Shown piece after piece: positions 12,201 to 32,615 of a stretch of DNA of 64,000 nucleotides. Position 1 is the first letter of the stretch. The number at the start of each line of letters is the position of its first letter. This DNA is from Tubiluchus corallicola (Eukaryota; Animalia; Priapulida). The DNA lies in NCBI GenBank assembly GCA_030141605.1, contig JAQGDQ010000047.1:496001-560000 (forward strand), read 5' to 3'. Below the pieces are notes generated by a model that saw only the letters and a program-made list of their open reading frames with translations, searched no databases and had not been told where the DNA came from. The position numbers were made by a program, and so were the translations under genes.

Positions 12201-12684
12201 AACAGTTTACTGAGTGCTAAGAGTATCAGATTCACAAATAATGCACACTGTAGTAACACAGAAAATCCTACTTAATATGTCTTTTCGGTTTGTAAATCCA
12301 ACCGCTTAATAAATCTATTTAGCTTTGCACTAAGGTGAATATAGTAAGCGAAGTATGCTGTAGTGACCTATGGGTCTATTCCACCTAACATCGGGAAAAA
12401 ATCGACATGGTATCGCTTACATAAAGATTAAAGAATAACTTTAACTGGACAATAATTAGCTAGAGGTTAAAGTTGACGATGTTATCAGAAACTGAAGATT
12501 TTGCAAACAATAGTTACAGAATTGGGCCTTGTAAGGATGCTGTCTTTCATTAGATAATCATAATTTAGATTTTATTGAATTTGGATTGTTGCTTGATTAA
12601 ATGGGAATTTTGTATTGTCACTTGATTGCACTGCGCTTCACAGCGAAATCGCAAATTGAAACTTTTTAACCCATTGGTCAACCA

Positions 12685-13230
12685 ATCATGGCATGTTTAT
12701 ACCATTCAATTTGTCTCATCGAGACCTTTCATTTGATATGCTACAAGCTAGTTTCGGACAACAATGGTAGGCATTTTCTCATTAACACCTATTTTGCCCC
12801 CTGGCGAGGTCGCAAATTAACCATTCTCATGGCATCCTATGGCATTCGATTTATCTCATCGAGGCCTTTCATTTGATACGCTACATGGTGCTATATGTAT
12901 ACACTCGATGCATTTCTGTTCCCGACCCCCAATTTTTCGGTTTTTGCCCCCTACCGGGGCCAGAGATCAACCAATCTCGGCATAACTTATATCATTCGGT
13001 TTGTCTCATCGAGACCTTTCACTTGATATACTACAAACTAGCTTCGTTCGACACTGGAAGGCATTTGTCTCGTCGACCTCTATTTTGCCCACTAGCGGGG
13101 TCGCAGGTTAACTATTCTCTTTATAACCTACGTCATTCAATCCATCTCATCAAGACCTTTAATTTGATATGCTAAGCTCAACACTCGGTACATTTCTGCT
13201 TGCGACCCCATATTTCGGTTTATACCCCTG
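12685..13230. repeat. Tandem ~140-150-bp repeat (4 copies, dimeric organisation), probably internal to a non-autonomous DNA transposon
   Basis: The core CATTC..TT.TCTCATCGAG.CCTTTCATTTGATA.GCTA occurs at 12703, 12843, 12993 and 13134. Confidence 0.8.
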
Positions 13231-13483
13231 GCTCGTAGAGTTTTGTGTTCCTAGCCCTCAGCATGTAAAAGGTTACCAATTGGAAGCACTCCAAATTTTG
13301 CATTTTGGCCCCTCCCTCAGGCGTTTAAAGCTTGTCAGCTTTTTAAAACCCCAGGTGCACATCTACCACACAGTACCCAAATACTTATGGAAAAAAAATG
13401 GAAAAAACGAACGCCCGGAGGAGATGCGACCTAAAGGAAAAACTGACTGATGCCCACTGCCCTTCCTCTTGACCAGTGGACAG

Positions 13484-13854
13484 TAGGGGTGAGCATTCTC
13501 TACCAGAAAGCGAATTCGAATCGAACAGAATTTGTGACTTTCGAATCGAACCGAACTTCAGTGTTTCGAATTCGAACCGAATTCGAATTGAGATTGAAAG
13601 ATTTTCGAACAAGTTTTCGAACTACCAGCAAAAATTAGTCTTACAAAGATCATGCATATCACTAGATTTTGTTCTGCAATAAAACGACTAGTAATTTCTT
13701 TAAAATTGTGTGCATAAATCACAGCTAAATTATGCTAATTGCATGATGTTTCAATCGTTTTAGTGATAAAGAACATGTGTGATTGAAGTGCTGAATTATT
13801 CGAATCTATAGTTTTGGATTCGAATCGAGTTCGAACGTTCGATGCTCACACCTA
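13484..13854. mobile_element. hAT-type MITE with TTCGAA-rich subterminal repeats
   Basis: TIRs TAGGGGTGAGCAT and ATGCTCACACCTA. 8-bp TSD GTGGACAG/GAGGACAG. Dense TTCGAA/TCGAAT repeats near both ends. Confidence 0.9.
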
Positions 13855-14235
13855 GAGGACAGTGGTCACCACACTGTTGTTTGTCCCCCGCCCAGGGCTA
13901 CGAACTCTGTGAGTTTGGTAACACTTGCTTGCAAGGCTTACAAGTTATTAAGCAATAAAGTTGCGGAGAATAAATGAATAAACAACTGGATGAAAAACAG
14001 CAAGATAATCTTAATAATAATATTTTTCTAGCATTTAATACAAACTTGCATACTGAATCGAAAAGGAAAGCAAATGATTTTTTAGAATTTTGTCACACCT
14101 ATCATGGCTGTGAATTAGTACTTATACTTGTCAAAACATATAAAAACATGGCGGCGATAGAGTAGTAAGATACAACTGTCATGCTACTTCTAAATCCTGG
14201 TCGCCATTAAAACGCACTTACTACCTGGAACAAGT

Positions 14236-21806
<7,571 letters not shown>

Positions 21807-21859
21807 CTAAAACAATTATATAAAAGCGTGTAATTTTTTAAATAGTTGATTACCTAATT

Positions 21860-23300
21860 TTAAATACACATAGATGAGTCCCTTAATTGGGCAACACACA
21901 TAAGAAATATTACCTACAGATTAAGCAAAGTTATACGTATATTTTCTAAATTGAGGCATTACTTGAGCACGGATATCCTAAAAATGATTTACTTTGCCGT
22001 TGTGTACCCACACATTAACTACTGTATCTTGTCGTGGGGCACAGCTTACAGCAGCACAAAACAAAATTATCAAAACAAGGACTTTTGCTGGGTTCCGAGA
22101 TCATGCAACCCCTTCTTATTATGCTTTGCAATTATTAAAAATAAATGAAATTTATTATAAGCTTGAGTTACGAAATTCACGTTCAACTATAAAAAGGGCA
22201 TTCTACTTAAATTATACAGCAATTATTTCAGAAAGATTACTGACGTTCATAAGTATTCTACGAGAGCAGCTATCAAACAAAACTGTTTTCAGGAAAGATT
22301 TAACACAACGAAAGGTCTACAAACTTTAGAATACAATGGTACAATTCTATGGAATACTCTTTCAGATGATTAAGCAATCAACTAGTATCTGTCACTTGAG
22401 TAAATTATATAAATATCAACTCTTGCAAACTTATTACCGAGATTAACTACATATAAGCATACAGTATTTTGCACCAATTATTTTATTCCTTTTGCCCACT
22501 ATAATAAATTGCCTAACTGCGTGCAAGAGCAATTACTGTTATAGCAGGTTCAATTAACATTAATACTTAATTTGTTTATTGTCTAACTTCTGTAGATCAC
22601 TTTCAAAGTCTGGACTCCAATTGTCAATCTCCTCTTGCAGTCATACAGGTAATTTTTGGTGCTTTAACTATCTGCTCATTTAGTTTAACTCAGATCATCG
22701 AAAATCGCTCTGTAATTTTTTAATAACTCCATTATACATTCGCTTGCTTATGTGCAACTATAACACACAACTTATAATATTGTTTACAATGTAATTTTTT
22801 ATTCCGGTTGTTTTTTTCCCGCATGATGAGGCTTTTTGTTATGTAAATTATAACTTCTGTATGCCTGTGCATGAAAATTAATGCCCAATTTAATATACTT
22901 CAATATACCAATATATATAGTAAACCTGATTCTCAGTTCTATTATTTACATGATAATTTATTTTTGACTGTCTAAGAATTATGCTTGTGTTATGAAGAAT
23001 ATTTCAGTTACCATTGTTCTTATGTTTCCGTTGTCACATTTTTATTTTCAGTTCTTGTTTGATTTTTTTATTGTGCACTTATTATTACTGTGTATGAATT
23101 GTATTAACACGTTATAAGCATATCAATTTAATGTCATTTGTAACAATTAAATCTTTATTATAAGCAGTACTAACACTAATACACTGCAGCATAGCGCTTA
23201 TAAAAATGTTCATCACTAACCAAAGGGCAGCTGGCTAGATGACCAATTGGTCTTTCACTGCCGTTTCTTCACATTTTTGTTTCCAAATTAATTGTATTAT
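21860..23300 (+). mobile_element. 5'-truncated CR1/L2-group LINE (RT C-terminal part plus probable AT-rich 3'UTR)
   Basis: IDESLNW..HI...LRHYLSTDILKMIYFAVVYPHINYCILSWG with frameshifts. The 3' limit is uncertain. Confidence 0.7.
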
Positions 23301-23729
23301 AACTGTACGTGTGTTGCAAGATAAATAGAAAAGATTATTATTGATTATTATTATTATTATTATTATTATTAAGGTGTTCACTTTACAAATATTAACACTT
23401 ATAATTATATATATAGCACTTTTAACAACCAAATAAAAACAGTTAAAAAGCAATGAAGTGCACGTAATCTGACAAGATGTATGTTACAAGTTGGATAAAG
23501 AGCAGAGTCAGTTTGTGACTATACTCATTTTAGAAACATGTACAAAATGTAACCTTATCTAAATCGTATTTAAATATCACGTATGACAATGACAGTAACA
23601 GTTCGGTAGCCACTAAGTTTAAAATGCTCTCCTAGAATCATACATATTCATATTCATAATCAAAAGGCGTGACGATGGATTTCTTTTGTTGATTACTTAA
23701 TATATACACTAATGATCAATATGTCACAA

Positions 23730-24010
23730 GCCTTTGGTTCGTTCAGAGCAAAACTCTGCTGTCTAGAAGAAATATCCTAAGTATAATGCTGTAAAAGTTA
23801 TTAATTCAAGTCAGGTGTGAAAGGAAGTTGAGCCAGCTATTTCAATAAACCAGCTGACCCAGAAGGAGTACCACAAGGTGACAGCTTAAGCCCTGCACTT
23901 TATATCTTTTCACTTTATATCTTTCCACAGCTCTCACTAAGGACAAAGTTATACTGCCGAAGGACTTAAATCACAATCACACGACACAAATTTTGAATTG
24001 ATTTCTACAA
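23730..24010 (+). mobile_element. RTE-like LINE RT fragment
   Basis: GVPQGDSLSPALY at ~23865-23905, related to the element at 39319-40287. Confidence 0.65.
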
Positions 24011-26421
24011 TCCTAAATTCATGCCATCTGAATAAGACAACAACACAGCTCCCTGCAAAATGGATACATATTGTAATCGTAAACTACAAAATGAATAGCT
24101 TCATCAATTAATAAGCCAATTAAATGACGTACACTTAGCAACATCAAGATCAATAATAATTGTAAGCACTTTAGCTGTATCTCTTGAGAAAAGCATGATT
24201 ATTATGCATTCAGCAACAGTGTTTTTACTCATGCTAAGTGAGTTATACTATATTATTACAGCAGTGCCAGAATTTCGACGTGAATCCTGGAATCTATTCA
24301 CCTAAACATTCGCACCAACGCCCATTACTGCAAATCTAGTTAGATTCGCGCAGGTGAATCTTAAAAAAGTAAGGAAATAGTGGCACTAATCTGAATTTTT
24401 CGTTCTTTGCGTTAGGCTAGCACACATGCTACTATATTGTACTTGAGATATTTATTTACTTAGTTTTACGCACTGTGTCTTTGATGCACTGCAGTTTTCA
24501 CTCAGTTGCATTTAAGAATTGTACGATTTTATGCTCGCTGACTTGTTTGCGTTTCGTTTTTGTGGAAAATTATTAGGTTTCTCAGCCTAAATGTTCCGTA
24601 ATGTTCGGTAGCATTTTTTTTACGCTTTAGTAGTATTTATCCAGCTTACCTTTTTTCTCCTAGATTTTAAAAATCACTGAAAATTCTTAGCTAAAGTATT
24701 GAAATAAAGCATAAGTATCGTTCATTTAACTTTTTGCACCATGGTTTTTGGATGATGCGGCATATCTTCAGTACAGACAACTGTAAAGCTTTAACGTCTC
24801 CAGGCACAATCAACCAAAATATCAAAGTGTAATTTCAGTAAATCCAAGCTTAATTTGATAATTAATGAAATATAGGCAACAAAATAAAAAACTTGTCAAT
24901 TTTTTTAAAACTTCATGATTTTTAACCATAAACATTGTTCTACTTTTTTGGTTAGGATTTTTGCCTAACTTACTTTATCAAGCTGGTATCCTAGCAAATA
25001 TAAACAAACAAGCAAAAACAAAGTATTTTATGTATTTCAGAATTTTTTCAGTTGTGATAGTAATTGGTTTTGCAAAAATGATTTCTGTATCAGCGCCCTG
25101 TGTTAAATAAATTTCATCCCTGGTTCACCGACGAAGTCAAATAGAAGAACCAACAAAATTTTAAATGATTTGGAGACTGCATCAGGAAATGTAGTATAGA
25201 TATTTATTATACTTATAATAAATCATTTTAATTGAAAAAATCCCTCTACTATTTCAATAATTATAATTCATTGTACTTGAACTAAATAATTTAGACCTCG
25301 ATTCTCTGCAATGATTAAAATGCCACAGCGAAAATGTGCTTACATTCTGACAAAATATAATGAAATTCTGTATAGCAGTTGTTGTTTCCAGTTTTACACC
25401 GTCGTCCTCAAGCAAAAATAATTTCTCTTCTAACAAAAACTTTACGGGTTCCAAAAGTTACCCGGCAGTCAAGCAGTGGATGAGGATTCCAACAACAATT
25501 TTAGTGTAATTTATAGTACTAGTGCAAAACAGAAATAATATATTCTCATGTAATCGAGTCATTTTGGACATGACTTGTGGGTCAGTGCTGGTGCCCAAAT
25601 GTCTCGTACCGAAGTTTTACATTTCAATTAAAATTGCGAAATTGTTTTATTGCAAAAAGCGTGAAAAATTAAGTGTTACAGGGTATGGTGCATAAACGGA
25701 TTAACAAATGGCACAGCATGTTTTCCAGCCTGGCATATTCGTTCGATTGGCATGCGTTTACTTGTTTGGAATGAACTTACTTAGTAATTAGGAGATATGT
25801 CAACACAAAAGGGTACTGATTCTCAATAGCTTCTGGTTCCTAATCCCCATGATTCCTTCTATATACAAATAACAAAAGAGGGTACTTACAGATACATTCT
25901 ACTATTAGTATTACTACGGTACTACAACTACAAGTAAAGTACAAATCTTTCGAATTTGACAAGAAAGAAACCAAACAATGAAAAATGAAGCACTTATTGG
26001 TGGCACACAGTAATACATAATGTTAAAAATCTATATACAAAGACCTGTCAACATAAACTGTAGTCAAATGAACAAGAACAGGTCGGTTGAGACAGGCTAC
26101 CTTTGACTTTACAGCAGCGTTCTGCCAATTATGGCTTCTTTCAAACATATCCAAAATTAAAACTGATATCCAGTATAAACATGTAGAAATTAGTATAAGC
26201 GTGATAATTAGATTATAATTTTATCCTAATTCTTGATTTTTAACACTCATAGCACCAAAGAAATGTTCATAATTATTTTGCAAAACGAATTACTGCTGAG
26301 TGCAAACACATGCAAAAGCGGCAACAGTGCCACTTAACGAGAAGATTGTTGACTGCGAAAGTAGCGGCTTGGCGGCGCTTTACTGAAAACGTTACGCCAC
26401 ACAGGAATACACAATGTTATT

Positions 26422-26675
26422 TTCTTCTTCAAAATCTCATTCCACCTGTAGTACGCATTGAGTATTCAACCCACTTCTATCTGCAACTAACAGCGTAAGT
26501 TCTTCTACTCCTAAAGATAGATTTGGTTGAAGTTGTTGAACATCTTTATTTATCTTAGCTATTCAAGTTGTTTTAGGTTTACCAGGTGGTTTTTTTGCAA
26601 GGTGTTAAGGCTTCTTTTAAGGTGATTCTTACTGGTGCTTCACTTGGTAATCCTAGAAGATGTCCTAGCCATAAT
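26422..26675 (-). mobile_element. 5'-truncated RTE-like LINE 3' end with (GAA)n tail and 9-bp TSD
   Basis: WLGHLLGLPSEAPVRITLKEAL..KK..GKPKTT. Tail reads TTCTTCTTC on +. TSD AATGTTATT at 26413-26421 and 26676-26684. Confidence 0.85.
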
Positions 26676-27649
26676 AATGTTATTAATAAAGCATTACATA
26701 CTACAAAATAACTTATTTCCAGCATCTGTACATTTATATGAAATTCGAAAATTAGTGTTTTTTGCACAGTACATTTATCTTGCAAAGTCATATCAAGATT
26801 TTTTCTTGGCAATGCTCTTCAATTACCAATTAGTATCATTTACTCACTAACTTATGAAAACTGAAAGGTACAGTAAAGTGCATTCAAATTCAGATAGACA
26901 CCAGACTAGCTGACTCTGAGGCTTAGTGCATCAGCAACAAGGAGAATGGATTTTCTCCAGAGAACCAGTCTACTCTACAGTGCTCCAGGCACCAATTACC
27001 AGATACCACCAGAAAACAGTGAGCAAAGACTGGTTCAACAAAAACAATTTGGAAACTTGTGAGGTGCTGGAACAAAAAGACTTACTCTTATCACTAAATA
27101 GTTCAATCCAAGCTGCACATGAAGCAAAGTGCTTGTCTTAGTACCTAGGCCAATAAGTTCCGTGAGGCATAAGACCAATGCCAGTAAAAGGGAAACAGCA
27201 AATCCTTATGGTTAAAATGCAGTTTATTTTAAATGAACTCGGCAACAAAATACTGGGTTATAACAAAAGGTCTAGCTTATCAGACTGCCATTGTCGAGAT
27301 GATTTGCTCGATCAAGACACACTGCCTAACTCCCATTTATCGTCATTGTTCCCCTACATTCTGCCCTATTAACACAAACACAGCCAATAACATTGACACA
27401 AGAAAGTGTACAGCTCTACATGATATTCTCCCAAAACCATATTTTGTCCACAGTTCTAAGGATCATCTCCCTAGTCCTTATTCAGTGCAGACTGGACATC
27501 CTTGCCAATTGACAAGAAGCAGATCCTTGATGAATGGGCTTTACACTTTATCAGCTCATTTGCCTTGCCAACTTCCCATAAGTGAAATGACAGTCAATTC
27601 CACCCCTCCCAATTCTGAGTAATTTGGAAAGGTGAATAGCTCTTGAACC

Positions 27650-29400
27650 TAATGCTATCCACGCAGAAGTTAGGCAGCTGTGCTCAGTGCTCACCCAGCA
27701 TAGCAGTAAGTGCAAGCATGATTTAGTCTTGTAATGCTGTCTTCTTTTCTAAGTTTCAAAATCAGCCCTCAACAAATTTCTTGTTTTCAGGGCTTAGGTA
27801 ATTTTGATATTTACTTCCTTCAATTTATCGGTATTAACAATACACAAATCATCAACTACAACATTACTTGTACCCAGTCTTTCATACAGTTTTTCACTTG
27901 TTAATAAATTTCTGTCGTATCTGCTCTGTTTTCACACAGTGAGCATCTGACATCTCCTTTAAATTTATTTTGATAATTTGGCTTTAACTCTGACCATAAC
28001 TATTTAATTTCCACTCTGCAATTTCGTTGACTGTCTTTCCTGCACATTCTAGTAATTCTACAACATATTCATTGTTTATCCTGGCTGTTCTGCTCTGTTA
28101 CTTAAAAATCGCAGCTTTGTTTCACTTGTAAGTTTTAACACTCTTACGTTTTCCAAAATACTGATTTATCGCACATAAGAATCTAAGTAATCTATAGCAG
28201 CACCATATCGTGGATATGCTCCCTCCTCTTCACCACCAGTGGTGAGTAAACCGACATCAAAGAAAGTGTCTGTTTGCGAGAGCAACAACATGAGTAAACT
28301 TATTTTACAATCGCACCAAATAGCTTCTACATCAACTTGCCTTTACAGTTGAGTCACCTTTAATTATAGTTTTAGTTTAAACAGCTCGTTAACATACATC
28401 CTTGTCAATAGTAATTTATCTATGCTCCATTCACTTATATTTTGCACAGACAGGCCCAACTTGTTGATATATATACAGTTTTACATCCAAAACACGTTCA
28501 ATAGTACCCTTTCCAGTTTGACCTAAAAACATTTCAGATCCCCTTTATAGAGATTTTCGAAATTTACTTTAATATCTATCATCTGAAGTATGATTGCTAT
28601 GATATCTTTCGTTTCATCCAACCTGCATCTTTCGGCAAACATTTATCTTTGGAAGTTTTAAATCTCAATTTTAGCATAGTTTCTTTTTAGTTTTAAGTTA
28701 TTTTCTCTATAAATAAGTGATTTTTATTCTATGCATACTTTTTCCATCTAGATTTGGTTATTACTTTTATACTCACTGTATACCAATATTACATTTATTC
28801 ATGATGTGCTTAATTTTTGAATACCAACATTTACTAAAGTTATTATTTGTTATTACTTCTAAAACTTGTTTTGCCATTCTTTCATCGTTTGAGTTCATTA
28901 ACAGATGATAGTACATTATTATTATTTTTATAATCGACCTTACAATGGCCAGGTTTTTGTTTCGCTTAACAAGCCTGAATATGTAATGCTATTTTTCTGA
29001 CAAAATTTTTCTAGTGGTTTTTTTAATGCCTTTTAATTTATCTAATTCTCTTTTGGTGAGATTGGCCAAGTGTCGGCATTATAGATTATTGATGGTATTA
29101 CTGTGATTTCATACATCATTAGCCAAACAGCTGTAACAGCAGTTCCAATTCATTTCCAATGTTCATTATTTCTAAGACCATAAATTTCATTTTATTTTTA
29201 TTCTTTTAAACATGAGCTGATAAATTATTTTTGCTACTAAACCAATCTCCCAAATATTTGTATTCGTGAGTGGCCATTTTTTTACGTTAACTATAAGTTC
29301 TTTGTTATTTCTCTTTTTGTCATAATTTTTTTTAAAATTTAGTTTCGATGTAGATAGACAGATAGTTGTGTTTTGATGAGTTTCTGATGAGACAACTCTC
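27650..29400 (-). mobile_element. Highly decayed LINE remnant (endonuclease/ORF1 region)
   Basis: Patchy APE-like peptides (DIIAI, VYINK) and a strong strand A/T skew; no intact ORF. Confidence 0.4.
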
Positions 29401-29459
29401 TCATGAAAACAGTGTATAAAGAGGAAGAAGTTTGGAGGAAGCATGAGAGAATCAAAGAA

Positions 29460-29600
29460 CTACCATGTTGCTGAGTGGTGTCTAGTTTTTTGCTGGATTA
29501 ACTGCTGTGTTCACCTGTCTCGAGGGCAGATTTCTTTTATTTTATAAGTCTGCCTGCCCAATGTTTACAATAGATGCAATGGGTATAATTATGATGTTGA
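29460..29600 (+). mobile_element. Short SINE or LINE 3'UTR copy, same family as the 96-bp insert at 39210-39305
   Basis: CTGCTGTGTTCACCTGTC...ATTTCTTTTATTTTATAAGTCTGCCTGCCCAATGTTTACAATAGATG aligns with the reverse complement of 39210-39305. Confidence 0.7.
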
Positions 29601-29869
29601 AGAATTAATAAGGTTAATGTTGAAAATAGGGTAAGAATATATATATATTGACTTCGTTTTCTTATCCTATTTTCCACATATATATAATTTAAACGAAGTA
29701 ATAACGCTAAAACGGTCAACATTGAAAAAAATTAGTAAAGAAAGCTATACAGATAAAAATAAACCAGTACTAAAAGCAATAGCAAATAAAGCAAAATTAC
29801 GAAAGGTCATCTTAACATGAATTAATACAAAAAAAGAAAAATATATTTCCAGTTGCAACTTATGGGATG

Positions 29870-32100
29870 TTAGTAATATAATGAAAGTGCGATTATGATG
29901 CGAAGTAAATGCAAACTATGAAAATAAGTGTGCTCATTATCCTCAGTATCCATATAGGTGAAAGAGTGCCTTATCATCCATAATCGTTTCCTAGCTCGTT
30001 TGGATATTTCATCAGTGTGTTCATCAAATGTGAGAAACTGGTCAATTAAAACACCCAAGTCTTTCTGTTTTGTTACTGCTATTGTTGGAAGTGACTAATT
30101 TGTATCGTTGCGCACATAGTAGCCATGAGTTACATTGTCTTTCCCTAAGTGTAGAACCTTACACTTTCCCACGTTGAAAGGCATTTGGCAAGTTTGTGAC
30201 CAAGAGTCTAATAAGTTGATATCATTCTGGAGTCTATGGTAGTCACTATTTGACCTCAGTATCCTGTAGATTTTTGTATCATCTGCAAACATTTTCATTG
30301 CTGAATTTAAATTGTCTGGTAGATTGTTGATGAACATGAGGAATAGTATAGGCCCTAACACACTTCCCTGTGGCACTCCGCTTCTAACGGGCCTCCATGA
30401 AGGTTTCTCTGAGTTGATTCGAGTGCATTGTGAGCAGTCTTTATCCAGTTGTAGAGGTTGCCAGAGGTGGCATGTGCGGCAAGTTTTAATATGAGTTTTC
30501 TATGTGGGACTTTATCGAAAGCCTTCTGCAAATCGTAAAATATTTTGTCAACAGAAGACCCTTCATTCCAGTCGTTTAAAGGCTCGAGCAGGTTTAAAAT
30601 GCAAGAATTTCCTTTTATGAATCCGTATTGAGAGACAGTAATAAGCTCATTGACAATAAGATGGTCGTGAGTAGCATTTCTAATTACTTTCTCAAGAAGT
30701 TTACATATAATTGATGCCAAGCTTATTGGTCTGTAGTTGGTTTTTAGTTCACACTCTCCTTTCTTAAAAATAGGAGACACAATTGAATTCTTCCATGCTT
30801 GTGGTAATTTGCCCTCATTAACTGATTTTTTTAAAAATACATACTAATGGTGCTGTTAAACTTGCTACTAATTGTTATTTCAAATGGGTGAATACCAACT
30901 GGTCTCATTGAGGAATCAGCTTTGAGGTCAGTTACGGCTTTGGATACATTCTCTTCAGTAATGCAAATGGTGTTAATCTGTGCATTCGCATAGGTGATTG
31001 GTACAGCTGCTCGATCATCTTCTTTTGCGAAAACACTAACAAAATATTCGTTAAGTAGTTCAGCTTTGCATGCATCATCAGCGGCTTCCTCTCCATTTTC
31101 CTTTAATTTAGGGACCTTGTGATTGACCTGGAAACATTTAGTTGCGATTTTATTGACATTAATAGTTGTTTTTTGTAATTTTTCTGTGCAATTTTTCATA
31201 GTTCGAGTGGTAGTATTTCTTTCATATTTCTTTCAACATACAAGTTGAAACTAGCAAGATCTTGCCTAGCACATTATAATCTCAATTTAGCGCATTTGGA
31301 TTTTACAGCTTGAAGAGCTTCTTTTATCATCCAGGCTAGTTTGAGTTTACATTTTACTCGACATAGTAACAGGTGGAAACTGGTTCACTGTTTCCGTAAA
31401 GAAGTACTCCCAGGCTTGTTGGGTAGACTTATATGTTAATGCTTCCTGCAAATTTGATTGTAAGAGTACGGTATTCAATTGGTCGTAGTTTGCTTTAAAA
31501 AAATTTCTTCGAGAGAAATGAGCCTTTGTTTGTACTACATCAGCACATATATCAAAGTTCAAGATGTTATGTTCGCTTTTTCCTAGTGGTTCATTAACGT
31601 TTACATTACAAATGGGTTCTGGATCATTTTATAAAAATTAGATCCAAGCAGCTGGGATTTTGTCCATGTTGGTATAGTAGATTTTCGCATACAGTATCCT
31701 TGAATTGAGCTTCTAGCAGTGTGGCACTCAGGTCGCGCTTTGTCATGTTGATCGTTGTCTGCAGACGAGGACGGACTCCTATAAATGCACCTTATAATAT
31801 ATTTGTTAGATCTAGAAGTTGTTAGTTGAATCCAAGATTTTCATTGAAATTATAATTGTTGAAAAAATCTACATCATTTACTGAAAGTGTTTCCCTGGCA
31901 AAAATTAATACACCACGTCCTGCATTCCAGTGATCCAGTGTGTGTGTGTGTGTCAGCAAATGGTGTGTAGTCATATTAAATGAAGAATTTTTTGGTTTTA
32001 CCTCTAGTGTGCTGATTACATCCAGCAATTTTCAAACCTACTGAAGTTTGCAGTTATTCCAGCTTGTTACTTAATGAATCAGCATTAAAAAAGAATGTAG
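29870..32100 (-). mobile_element. Decayed CR1-type LINE ORF2 (APE + reverse transcriptase)
   Basis: PIFKKG..NYRPISL, YDLQKAFDKVPH, PQGSVLGPILF, FADDTK and FNVGKCKVLHLG across frameshifted ORFs. Confidence 0.92.
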
Positions 32101-32615
32101 CATTAACTTGAATGTATCAAGTTAACTAAAGCAAGAAAGTGGAATGCAACAAGCAGGGATATAGCCAGCTTAAATATTTAAATGTTTCAGCAAGTAAGCC
32201 CCCCTTACTAAAATCATCTTAAGTAGTAGACAAACAAATGACAGCCAGGCCAATAATCGATGCATGGTTGCGCTTGTAGTTGCTACTCACTAATATAATT
32301 GTGCTTAAATTATGTGAGCATATGGGATATAAGGCTAAATTTTCATTTAAAAGGGAATTCGTTTATTTCTACTGACAAGTGTGGTACTACTCTTTTTTGA
32401 TAAAATGTGATGTTGAATATTTGTATAACATTTGATGTTGAATATTATTTGTCTAGTTCACACTATCTGGGAAGCCGGTTTTGAATTTTTCTTAATTTGT
32501 GATTTTTGTGTTTTTAGGTGGTAAAGTAATTGCTTTTATTGTATATTATAGAACATAGTAAAGCTTGAACATATATACTCGCGTCCTGGATGGAAAATTT
32601 GCTAAAAGTAGAGAG

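Noticed and set aside
13385-13682. Overlapping ORFs rich in FE/SN/RI dipeptides
   Set aside because: These are translation artefacts of the TTCGAA repeats in the hAT MITE.
23553-25860. Candidate CNPPD1 first exons at ~23553-23631, ~24650-24725 and ~25781-25858 (- strand)
   Set aside because: Each has a plausible donor but either in-frame stops or no ATG and no similarity to CNPPD1; none can be supported.
32565-32615. ORF-track start of the STAND gene at TTG 32565
   Set aside because: Eukaryotic gene; the first in-frame ATG is at 32616 and an in-frame TAA lies at 32559-32561.
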